From an uncultured Dehalococcoidia bacterium (GTDB lineage Bacteria > Chloroflexota > Dehalococcoidia > GIF9 > UBA5629): 64,000 nt of DNA. Positions 10,163-17,760 of this stretch are shown in pieces. Numbering within the stretch: the stretch's first letter is position 1; each line of letters opens with the position of its first letter. A program made the position numbers and the translations under genes. The DNA lies in NCBI GenBank assembly GCA_937975645.1, contig CALJTV010000036.1, positions 39,622 to 103,621 on the forward strand, written 5' to 3'. The notes under the pieces were generated by a model. The model worked only from the letters and a program-made list of their open reading frames with translations. It was not told the DNA's origin and ran no database searches.

Positions 10163-10647
10163 TTTCTCCTCCTTAATCTGGTTATCGAACGGAATCTTTT
10201 CGCAACATTATCCCCCAAATGCACCTTTTCATCAACGCTCCTGTACAAGGAGTGTCCCGCCGCGGCTCCCGCACGCACTCAAATCGTCAAATCATTCCTG
10301 TGGACCCACATCAACCCAGGTGGGGTTATCTCCACTTACCAGCTTACCCCAGATACATTCTAGCCCGTTATTTGTCAAGATACACCACATCCCAATTGCA
10401 GCAGCGTGACTGCCACAACAAACACTTTTCGGGAAGCCATACAGGAGGACACGCTCCAAGGCTTTTGCTGGCACACATTGTCCTGTTTCTTCTTCACACC
10501 AACCTTAGTCGAGTAAATTGGCTACGCCAGGCTAAACAGCCAGCTATAGCAACATTGACTGTCCTAAAATTCGGGCGCGGCAGCTAAAAAGGTCTACGAT
10601 CCTGCCTACTTTGTCCAAACTTTCATTAGCCACACGTTGTGCCTCGG

Positions 10648-10677
10648 TTGACATGTCAACAATAGGTCAGGTAAACT
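10648..10677 (+). promoter_or_regulatory. Putative sigma70-type promoter (TTGACA-18-TAAACT) inside a perfect 14-bp palindrome GTTGACATGTCAAC
   Basis: TTGACA lies at 10648-10653 and TAAACT at 10672-10677. The palindrome spans 10647-10660. Confidence 0.4.
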
Positions 10678-10712
10678 TTGTTGTTGTTTTTTGCGGTCCC
10701 ATCTGGAAAGCG

Positions 10713-10889
10713 ATGCCGAAGAAATCACGCCCCAACTGGATAGACAAACTGAAGATCAGCCTGAAGACGGCGCTGGGGATAAACCCAGTCCTCTGCGATA
10801 GCTGTAAGTGGGACTGGCGCAGCGCCTGTCACCACCCCGAACGTCCCCACGCGGTATGGTGCCCAGACTACGAGAAGCGTGGTACCTGA
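10713..10889 (+). CDS. Small Cys-rich hypothetical protein (58 aa)
   Basis: MPKKSRPNWIDKLKISLKTALGINPVLCDSCKWDWRSACHHPERPHAVWCPDYEKRGT, with a CxxC...C...C pattern. The start was chosen at the internal ATG. The longer track ORF begins at 10611. Confidence 0.4.
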   Translation: MPKKSRPNWIDKLKISLKTALGINPVLCDSCKWDWRSACHHPERPHAVWCPDYEKRGT

Positions 10890-10916
10890 AAGTTAACCGC
10901 AGTCACCCCCAGCCGG

Positions 10917-11186
10917 CTAACATTCCACCATCCTGTACCTGAGCTGTCCTTTTTCGCAATACAGAATAAACTTCACCCTTTTTCCTTGGAGTAAGCGCTC
11001 TTCGCTCTGCCGTCGCAGCTCCCTGAAGTCAGCAGCTTCTAAAAAGTCACGCAGCAGCGACAATTTCCCCTCCAGCGCAGCATCGCTGACACCACCAAGC
11101 AAGCGCCGCGTTACCTCCTCATATTCCTTCCTTGCCACTGTCTCTATACAGTGGAAAAGGTCAGGAAAAAGCTCTACTTCCATCAT
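10917..11186 (-). CDS. Hypothetical small protein, paralog of 17210-17518
   Basis: 89 aa. The C-terminal half aligns by eye with the 102-aa ORF at 17210-17518 (see findings). Confidence 0.55.
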   Translation of the reverse strand: MMEVELFPDLFHCIETVARKEYEEVTRRLLGGVSDAALEGKLSLLRDFLEAADFRELRRQSEERLLQGKRVKFILYCEKGQLRYRMVEC

Positions 11187-11322
11187 CCAGCTCCGTCAAC
11201 ATCACTCACACTCCACCTCCTATCCTATCAGGCAGAAGGCACAGAGGCAAGCGGAAGCGGTTGTTGGTGTCCTCACCCTACCCCCTCCCATTTAGGGAGA
11301 GGGCAAGAGCAAATACGAATTT

Positions 11323-11351
11323 TTGACACTGTAGCTAGCCAGTGTTATGAT
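11323..11351 (+). promoter_or_regulatory. Putative sigma70 promoter TTGACA-17-TATGAT
   Basis: TTGACA lies at 11323-11328, followed by a 17-nt spacer and TATGAT at 11346-11351. Confidence 0.5.
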
Positions 11352-11360
11352 GATATTGAA

Positions 11361-11386
11361 AACCTGGTCACATTGCGGACCAGGTT
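11361..11386 (+). promoter_or_regulatory. Perfect 9-bp stem-loop 4 nt upstream of the CNNM start codon
   Basis: AACCTGGTC-acattgcg-GACCAGGTT, followed by ggatATG. Confidence 0.45.
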
Positions 11387-11390
11387 GGAT

Positions 11391-12674
11391 ATGGAAGAGA
11401 CGACTGGTATATACCTGGCGCTTTTCTTTGTGTGCCTGCTGGTAGCAGCGTTCTTTTGCAGCGCTGAAACGGCTTTTGTCAGTATACAGAGGCTACGCCT
11501 AGAACATTTGGTGCGCACCAACCACCCCAAAGCCAAGAGCGTAGCCAGGATACTGGAAAACCCGGAGAAATTCCTCGCTACCGTCCTCTTCGGCATCAAC
11601 CTGTTCGAGACCGCTGTTGCCACACTGGGCACAGTCATCGCTGTCACAGTCTGGGAACAAAACCTGGGGCTGGCTCTAGCCACCGTCATCATCACGGTGA
11701 TAACGCTTATTTTTGCTGAACTGATCCCCAAGAGCCTCGCGGTGCGCTACAGCGAAAGGCTGGCGCTGCTCTACGCCGGTCCCATCGAGGTCATCGCCTT
11801 CATTTTTTATCCCTTCGTCTATGTGCTCAACCACATCGGTATAAGGTTCACCCGGCTGGCTGGCGATGAGACCGCACTTAAACCGATTGTCAGCGAAGAA
11901 GAGCTGCACACTGCCATAGAAGTAGGTGAGGAACAGGGTATCTGGGAGGAGGACGAGGCAGAGATGCTGCACAGGGCTTTCGAGTTTGCTGATCGCCCGG
12001 TGAAGGAGGTGATGCAGCCCAGGACAGAGGTCGTCTGGCTCAGACAAGGGTCCACCATGGCGGAATTCCTAGAAGCCTACCGCCGCTTTCCATACTCCCG
12101 CTTTCCTGTTTACCGGGAGACCATTGACGATGTCATCGGCGTCATCTCTATCAAGGACGTGCTCATGGCACAAGCCAACAATTCGCTGAGCATGGACAGC
12201 CGCCTCGATGACCTAGTCCGCCCGGTCCACTTCGTCCCCGAGACCAAGAAGCTGGGTGAACTGCTGGCTGAGATGAGGGATAACAACTACCATATGGTCA
12301 TAGTGGTCGATGAATATGGCGGCGTGGTCGGTGTTGCCACCCTGGAGCACCTCACCGCCGAGATTATGGGCAAGATAGGCGATGAGCTTGCCAGTAAGAA
12401 AAGAGACTTTGTCACCGTCGATGCCAATACCTTCGAAATAGACGCCGGGCTCAGGATCGAGGAGGTGAACGAGGAACTGGAGCTGAACTTGCCGCTGGGC
12501 GACTATGAGACCGTAGCTGGCTTCATCCTCAGCCATCTGGGACGCATCCCCAGGCAGGGCGAACACTTGCGGTATAAGGACCTGAAGCTGACAATCCTGG
12601 AGATGCGTGGCAGGAAGGTGGAGAGGATATTGGTAACCAAGGAAAAGGATGCAGCGACTGCGGATAAAGTTTAG
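11391..12674 (+). CDS. Hemolysin/CNNM family transporter (DUF21 + CBS pair + CorC_HlyC)
   Basis: From ATG 11391 the protein begins MEETTGIYLALFFVCLLVAAFFCSAETAFVS... Its 427-aa length is typical. The 80-aa upstream extension in the track ORF covers the promoter. Confidence 0.85.
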   Translation: MEETTGIYLALFFVCLLVAAFFCSAETAFVSIQRLRLEHLVRTNHPKAKSVARILENPEKFLATVLFGINLFETAVATLGTVIAVTVWEQNLGLALATVIITVITLIFAELIPKSLAVRYSERLALLYAGPIEVIAFIFYPFVYVLNHIGIRFTRLAGDETALKPIVSEEELHTAIEVGEEQGIWEEDEAEMLHRAFEFADRPVKEVMQPRTEVVWLRQGSTMAEFLEAYRRFPYSRFPVYRETIDDVIGVISIKDVLMAQANNSLSMDSRLDDLVRPVHFVPETKKLGELLAEMRDNNYHMVIVVDEYGGVVGVATLEHLTAEIMGKIGDELASKKRDFVTVDANTFEIDAGLRIEEVNEELELNLPLGDYETVAGFILSHLGRIPRQGEHLRYKDLKLTILEMRGRKVERILVTKEKDAATADKV

Positions 12675-13290
12675 CCGCGGCGAGGAACTAAAGTTCCTCT
12701 CCCACCTTGATATGATGAAGCTCTGGGAAAGGGCATTGCGCCGCGCCAGAATTCCCCTCGCCTACTCCCAGGGCTATACACCACACCCACAGCTCTCCTT
12801 GGCAGCACCGCTGGCAGTTGGCGTCACCAGCGAGGCAGAGCTCATGGACATCTACCTCTCTCGCTGGGTGACATTGCAGTTCTTCGAGGCGCGGGTGAAA
12901 GAACAACTCCCTCAGGGCATCAGGCTGCTCGAGGTATGGCAGATAAGCCTCAAAATCCCCTCCCTGCAGTCGCAGGTCAAGTTTGCCGAATACAAAGTAG
13001 AAATAGAGACCGACAAGGCGACAGAAGAAATACAGCGGTCTGTGGACTCGCTTCTAAAAACAGACAGGCTCCCCTGGCAACATGTGAGGGATACTGGACC
13101 TAGACATTACGACCTGCGCGCCCTCATCCAAGACCTTTGGCTCATCGAACGCCGCGACTCCCTATGCGTGCTGGGTATGAGGCTGCGTTGCGACGAACAC
13201 GGTTCGGGTAGACCGGAACAGGTGACCAAAGCCTTGGGCTTCCCCGATCCCCCTAAATCCATCCACCGCGTCGCCCTGCTGTTCGGTTAG
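12649..13290 (+). CDS. Radical-SAM-linked protein family (TIGR03936 / DUF2344-like)
   Basis: MQRLRIKFSRGEELKFLSHLDMMKLWERALRRARIPLAYSQGYTPHP... is characteristic. It overlaps the upstream gene by 26 nt. Confidence 0.7.
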   Translation: MQRLRIKFSRGEELKFLSHLDMMKLWERALRRARIPLAYSQGYTPHPQLSLAAPLAVGVTSEAELMDIYLSRWVTLQFFEARVKEQLPQGIRLLEVWQISLKIPSLQSQVKFAEYKVEIETDKATEEIQRSVDSLLKTDRLPWQHVRDTGPRHYDLRALIQDLWLIERRDSLCVLGMRLRCDEHGSGRPEQVTKALGFPDPPKSIHRVALLFG

Positions 13291-13323
13291 AGCTGGGGCC
13301 CTGAGGCAAACTACAGCCTCAAG

Positions 13324-14160
13324 CTAAGCAACTTGGATTACACTACCCACAGTGTTAAACGCAAATCTACCCTCGAACTCTCTTGCCAACACGCTGATAG
13401 CCTGTAAGCCAGTGCAATGACATAGGCTCAACCTCTGCACATCAAGCTCCTTCAAAACAGCTATCGTCTTGCGCAACTGTTCCTCAGAGGCGCCGATGAG
13501 GTGGGAACCGCCGATCACTGTATGTATCCGGGAAACACCGGTAAGCTGCCGTGCGTGGTAAAGCGTATTTATCATGCCCCGATGGGCACAGCCCAGGACT
13601 ACCACCAGCCCCTGCCCCGTCTTAATCACCAGAGCCTGGTCATCGGCAAGCCCGTCCGGCTTCAGCTCGCCATCCCGCTCCACATACAGTATCTCATCAA
13701 CCCGCTCGAAATCAGTGACCATCGGTATCTCACCGGTGGTCAGAATGGAGTCGGTGATAGCCACCGGCTCCCCAGTCAGCCGAAAACTGGCACCTAAGCC
13801 CTCCAGCTCGCGCCTCTGAAACGGTATACCGATGTACCTGGTGCGATGGCTCCCCCTTCCTCGGGCATACTTCGCCTCCCAGATATCAGGGTGGGCTACG
13901 ATTTCCACCTGCTTCTTCATCCGCCGTAATACCTCCCTTAGCCCGCCGGTATGGTCGTAGTGCCCATGGCTGAGCACTATCCTGTCCACTTTCCGTAGGT
14001 CGATGCCCAGACTGTCAGCATTGTGCACCACAGACCTACCGCTCCCAGAATCAAGCAGCACCATGGTACCATCCATCTCCACCAGCATGCTCAGCCCCCA
14101 CTCCCCCAAAAAGTCCCCGAGCATGGCAGTGTTCTCACTCAGTGTAGTTATCCGCAGCAC
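13324..14160 (-). CDS. MBL-fold metallo-hydrolase
   Basis: The 'LSHGHYDHTGG' motif is present. GTG start behind GGAAGGAGA. Confidence 0.75.
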   Translation of the reverse strand: MLRITTLSENTAMLGDFLGEWGLSMLVEMDGTMVLLDSGSGRSVVHNADSLGIDLRKVDRIVLSHGHYDHTGGLREVLRRMKKQVEIVAHPDIWEAKYARGRGSHRTRYIGIPFQRRELEGLGASFRLTGEPVAITDSILTTGEIPMVTDFERVDEILYVERDGELKPDGLADDQALVIKTGQGLVVVLGCAHRGMINTLYHARQLTGVSRIHTVIGGSHLIGASEEQLRKTIAVLKELDVQRLSLCHCTGLQAISVLAREFEGRFAFNTVGSVIQVA

Positions 14161-14171
14161 CGGTCTCCTTC

Positions 14172-14393
14172 CTAGGTATCACTAACTCCGCGTGCACCCT
14201 TGTCAGCGGGATAGAGGACAACGGAGTGCTCCTCCCAGAAATCGATACTCCTCAACCCGCCACGAACATATTTTTCCTCACCCAGAAGGTTTGTCACCCG
14301 GAGCCCACCATCTTCCACCTCTATCCGAATGACCTCAGACATCAATTCTCTCAGTCCACCATCGGATTCAATATAGACCGTAGCCACGCACAT
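14172..14393 (-). CDS. cooT: CooT-family nickel-binding protein
   Basis: 73 aa with an N-terminal 'MC' and a CooT-like beta-barrel sequence (MCVATVYIESDGG...LRVTNLLGEE). Confidence 0.65.
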   Translation of the reverse strand: MCVATVYIESDGGLRELMSEVIRIEVEDGGLRVTNLLGEEKYVRGGLRSIDFWEEHSVVLYPADKGARGVSDT

Positions 14394-14410
14394 GTCTGCA
14401 CCCCCACAGT

Positions 14411-15205
14411 TCAGATTTCAGCCTTTTGAACCAACTTATCAACAATCTCTTTGACGCCCTCTACCGTCACCGTCTCCAAGCTGCGACCGTCCAGACAAGC
14501 CTCAAATATCTCCCTGTCAGTATAAATAGTGCCCATCACATCTATACCCCTTTTCGCCAGTTCGCCTGCCAGCCTATCCGCCATCCTGTTCGAGCTAACC
14601 TTGTTTAGGATAGCCTCGGTGCTCTCCACCCCAGCGCCATCAGCCAGCCCCTTCACCTTCGCTGCCAGCCCCACCGACTCGAACGACGGTTCCACCACCA
14701 CCAGTACTCGGTCGATGCTGGTGTCCACACCCCTGCCAAAATGCTCCACCCCGGCTTCCATATCAACGATGACCACCTCGTCTTTGTCCAGGGAAAGTTT
14801 AGCAAGGAACTCGCGGCTTAACACCCCCATGGGACAGGCGCAGCCCTCCAGCGCCTGCAGGATCTTGCCGATGTTTATCAACCTCAAGCCGTCTCTCTGT
14901 TTGATGTACGCCGGTGGGACATCGCCCACTCGGACTTTCTCCAAGCTGAGTACATCCGCCTTCACCTTCGATTTGCCAGTGGAGACCACCCGCCCCATTT
15001 TGTTCTTGAGCCCCACCTTGCCGCCGACCATCTCCATTATAGGCACCGGCGGTTCAGCAAAGCCCAGCATGCGGAACAGCCCCGAGTTGGACTCGTCTGA
15101 ATCCACCACCAGGACACGGTAGCCACGGTTCTTGAACTCATATGCCAGCAATGTGGCAACGACGCTCTTGCCACACCCTCCTTTGCCGCAGACCGAAATC
15201 TTCAT
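14411..15205 (-). CDS. cooC: CooC-type P-loop NTPase (CO dehydrogenase/Ni maturation factor family)
   Basis: The P-loop is GKGGCGKS. The CxC metal motif is 'EGCACPMG'. Confidence 0.7.
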   Translation of the reverse strand: MKISVCGKGGCGKSVVATLLAYEFKNRGYRVLVVDSDESNSGLFRMLGFAEPPVPIMEMVGGKVGLKNKMGRVVSTGKSKVKADVLSLEKVRVGDVPPAYIKQRDGLRLINIGKILQALEGCACPMGVLSREFLAKLSLDKDEVVIVDMEAGVEHFGRGVDTSIDRVLVVVEPSFESVGLAAKVKGLADGAGVESTEAILNKVSSNRMADRLAGELAKRGIDVMGTIYTDREIFEACLDGRSLETVTVEGVKEIVDKLVQKAEI

Positions 15206-15222
15206 CTCTGCCCCTTCTATTT

Positions 15223-16230
15223 CTAGCTTGCCTTTGCCTTCACCGCCCTAGCGATGGCATCGGCAAAGCCCTGCAGGAAGTCGGCCTGGTAACGCTCCAC
15301 CCTGCCTTCATCACAGAGCTGAGCTAACTCCGGGTCGATAGGTATCTTTGCCAGCAGGGGCGCACCCGCAAGGTTTGCCATCTCCTCAGCGCGACTCTTG
15401 CCAAAAAGCTCAATCTTTTTGCCAGTCTCAGGTAAAACGAAGTAGCTCATGTTCTCCACAACCCCCAGAATAGGTATATGCATCGCCTCCTGTGCCATCT
15501 TAATCGCCTTGCGCACCACCATCGCTGCCAGCTCCTGGGGGCTAAAGACTATGATCACGCCCGATACCGGTAACGACTGCAACACCGTAAGCGGGGCATC
15601 AGCCGTCCCCGGCGGCAGGTCGACTATCAGATAGTCCAGCCGCCCCCAAAGCACGTCCTCCCAGAACTGCGTAATTGCCTTGGCAATAAGGGGACCCCTC
15701 CAGATGACAGCGTCGTCCTCGTGTGGTAACAACAGGTTTACAGACATGATCTCGATCCCCAGGTGGGTGAGCACCGGCAGCAGTCCGGTCTCGCTCCCCT
15801 CAGGGCGCTCGGCGATACCGAACATCTTGGGTATGCTTGGTCCGGTAATATCGGCATCCAGTATACCGACATCGAACCCAGCCCTTGCTAGCGCCACCGC
15901 CGCCAGACTGCTTACCAGCGACTTTCCCACACCACCTTTGCCGCTCATCACCGCTATGACACTGCCGATCTCGTTCAGCTCCTTAGGCCTCATCTCAGTA
16001 AACTCGACGTTCACCTCACCGACATCGGAAAGCTTCCTCAATATCTCCTGCACTTTAGCCCTAAGCCACTCCTGCGACCCATGGTTCAGCGCCGCCGAGG
16101 CAAGAGATATGTCCACACTCCGGTCACTCACCTCGACACGTCTGACGAGATTAAGGCTTGATACGCTCCGCCTCACCCCGGGCACGAGTACTTCTTCAAG
16201 GCTTTTCAATACCTGGTCTCGGTCTATCAA
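15223..16230 (-). CDS. apbC: Mrp/NBP35 (ApbC) family Fe-S cluster carrier ATPase with N-terminal DUF59-like domain
   Basis: 'VMSGKGGVGKS' is present. The TTG start at 16230 follows GGAGG. Confidence 0.85.
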   Translation of the reverse strand: MIDRDQVLKSLEEVLVPGVRRSVSSLNLVRRVEVSDRSVDISLASAALNHGSQEWLRAKVQEILRKLSDVGEVNVEFTEMRPKELNEIGSVIAVMSGKGGVGKSLVSSLAAVALARAGFDVGILDADITGPSIPKMFGIAERPEGSETGLLPVLTHLGIEIMSVNLLLPHEDDAVIWRGPLIAKAITQFWEDVLWGRLDYLIVDLPPGTADAPLTVLQSLPVSGVIIVFSPQELAAMVVRKAIKMAQEAMHIPILGVVENMSYFVLPETGKKIELFGKSRAEEMANLAGAPLLAKIPIDPELAQLCDEGRVERYQADFLQGFADAIARAVKAKAS

Positions 16231-16736
16231 TGCTTACCTCCGTTCACATAAGTCTTGCGGAAATTGTGCGTCCTCCTGCCCTCAAACGCAAGCTGAAATA
16301 GTCCACCATCGCTCACCATACTTATTTTGTCCCGCCCAAGATGGTGGTCGCTCACCTACAATACCCCCAGACCCTTTAGCACTGGATGTAATTCCACCAG
16401 TACATTATACCGCGCTTTCAAATGGTGAATCATGCAATACAGCAGGACCACATCCATGCTCCCAGACACAAGCCTCGTACGGCAATCGGAAGCAATGGTG
16501 TTAACATTCGTCAACTGTTTTCTGAAAACTAAGCTATTCACTGCTTCAATAGCAAGCGGGTTCCTGTCCATGACATGGGCTCTCCCCCACTTGCCCACCA
16601 GCCTCGAGAAGGGCAGGATATAACTTCCCGGTCTGCAGCCAAAGTCAAGCACCTGGAACCCTTCCTTAATCCCCACCCCCTTAAATAGCTCCATCCGCGG
16701 CAACAGGATGCCCCGGAACTTGTAAGCCAAAGACAT
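16227..16736 (-). pseudogene. Class I SAM-dependent methyltransferase interrupted by an in-frame TAG (16356-16358)
   Basis: The 126-aa ORF ends ...LKGLGVL. After the TAG the same frame reads VSDHHLGRDKISMVSDGGLFQLAFEGRRTHNFRKTYVNGGKH. It ends in a TGA that overlaps the TTG start of the next gene (TTGA). Confidence 0.6.
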
Positions 16737-16853
16737 CAGCCCGAAATGCAGTTTTTGATTCAGGTCACGTCACCACCCTGTTTTCTATCGACACTGTTTA
16801 CCGCCTACAGCCCTACTTAGTCAGCCACCACACAGCATTCTGGTCACCCCGCA

Positions 16854-17192
16854 CTAATGGTCGCAGACGTTCTCACCTATTGCAAGTCTACCGTTTAGGT
16901 AGTTTAGGACAGCCTTATCAGGATCGTTCTCCATTACGCCGATGACCACAGTTATGCGTTTCTGTTGGAATAATGCCTGAGCCCTAGGCCCCATACCACC
17001 CGTCAACACCACCGATACCCCTTGCTCTGCCAACCATACTGGAAGGAAGCCGGGCTGATGCCCGGGCGAATCTACAACCTGCTTTTTCTGGATGGTCTTC
17101 GTTGCTACATCCACATCTATCAGGGCAAACTGCTCACAATGCCCAAAATGGGGCGATAACATACCACCACTTAACGGAATAGCAAATCTCAT
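16854..17192 (-). CDS. NifB/NifX family (dinitrogenase FeMo-cofactor-binding domain-like) protein
   Basis: MRFAIPLSGGMLSPHFGHCEQFALIDVD... is typical of this family. Confidence 0.8.
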   Translation of the reverse strand: MRFAIPLSGGMLSPHFGHCEQFALIDVDVATKTIQKKQVVDSPGHQPGFLPVWLAEQGVSVVLTGGMGPRAQALFQQKRITVVIGVMENDPDKAVLNYLNGRLAIGENVCDH

Positions 17193-17209
17193 CTGTGTAC
17201 CTCCTATGT

Positions 17210-17518
17210 TTACTCCTTTACCCTAAGCCTGTAAACCGGTCTCCCTTCTTCTAGGTAAATATTCACACTCACTTGTTTCCCTTCGGCAAGATAACGTTCA
17301 GCCTCGTCGCGCAACTTCTGTGACTCCGGCGACTTTAGAAAGGTGACTAGCGCCTCGAACCTCTCCTCTAGTTCCCGATTTCCCGCGCCGCCTTGTCTCA
17401 AGAGCTCCAACAGGCAATTGTTCATCTCCTGCTCAGCTAGGCACTTTATACATTTGCCCGGAACATCAGTTGTAGAATATCTCGGGCTAAGGTCTATCAC
17501 TTCCACTGCGGAATTCAC
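17210..17518 (-). CDS. Hypothetical protein, paralog of 10917-11186
   Basis: 102 aa. Its GTG start overlaps the upstream stop (GTGA). Confidence 0.55.
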   Translation of the reverse strand: MNSAVEVIDLSPRYSTTDVPGKCIKCLAEQEMNNCLLELLRQGGAGNRELEERFEALVTFLKSPESQKLRDEAERYLAEGKQVSVNIYLEEGRPVYRLRVKE

Positions 17519-17760
17519 CTCCTTCGGTTCTGGCTACACCCATCTCCCAAGGAGCAGGGTGGTGTATCGCAGCGCTCTGTACTGCCACAACAAGTTGTGC
17601 CCGCTGCCCTTGATCCCGCCTTCACCATATAAGACGCCGAAACCAGCTTCTCCGTCTTCTGGCTACCGCAATCGGGACAGCACACCACTTTACCAGTATC
17701 ACGCATCAGAGACTCAAATATCCTGCCACAATTCTGACATCTAAAGTCGTAGATCGGCAT
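17515..17760 (-). CDS. FmdB-family zinc-ribbon protein
   Basis: MPIYDFRCQNCGRIFE...CPDCGS, with a C-terminal CCG...C..PPC tail. SD AAGGAGG. Confidence 0.8.
   Translation of the reverse strand: MPIYDFRCQNCGRIFESLMRDTGKVVCCPDCGSQKTEKLVSASYMVKAGSRAAGTTCCGSTERCDTPPCSLGDGCSQNRRR

Noticed and set aside
10292-10474. Paralogy between the Cys-rich mini-ORF and the C-terminus of the 18-Cys secreted protein (WCILTN versus WCLQDN, upstream C..H).
   Set aside because: The match is about six residues and needs a gap. It could easily be chance. It is kept only as a note within the intergenic-gap finding.
10163-10646. tmRNA, RNase P RNA or SRP RNA in the large intergenic gap.
   Set aside because: None of the hallmark motifs was visible on either strand: a tRNA-like TTCGA T-arm with an ACCA end, a GAGGAAAGTCC-type P4 region, or the SRP GGAA/AGCA domain IV. 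I cannot exclude other ncRNAs.
11151-11390. The 80-aa N-terminal extension of the CNNM transporter ORF (track ORF 11151-12674).
   Set aside because: The extension is low-complexity. It contains the predicted promoter and the 5' hairpin. Starting at ATG 11391 gives the canonical family N-terminus and length.
16356-16358. A pyrrolysine or programmed amber read-through explanation for the in-frame TAG in the methyltransferase.
   Set aside because: TAG serves as an ordinary terminator for other genes in the window, for example the gene ending at 2073. No pyl genes or methylamine methyltransferases are visible. The host gene is a generic SAM methyltransferase. A nonsense mutation or sequencing error is more parsimonious.
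15680-16504. Long antisense or alternative-frame ORFs in the track. Examples: 15680-16504 (+, 274 aa), 53129-54016 (+, 295 aa), 24852-25715 (-, 287 aa), 28732-29376 (-, 214 aa), 60242-60901 (+, 219 aa), 39247-39834 (-, 195 aa) and 35793-36434 (+, 213 aa).
   Set aside because: Each lies entirely opposite or out of frame to a confidently recognised gene (apbC, folC, tilS, lutB-like, dnaK, the thioredoxin chimera, sucC/tRNA-Ser). Their translations are Ser/Pro/Arg/Thr-rich and low in complexity, typical of shadow ORFs in GC-rich coding DNA.
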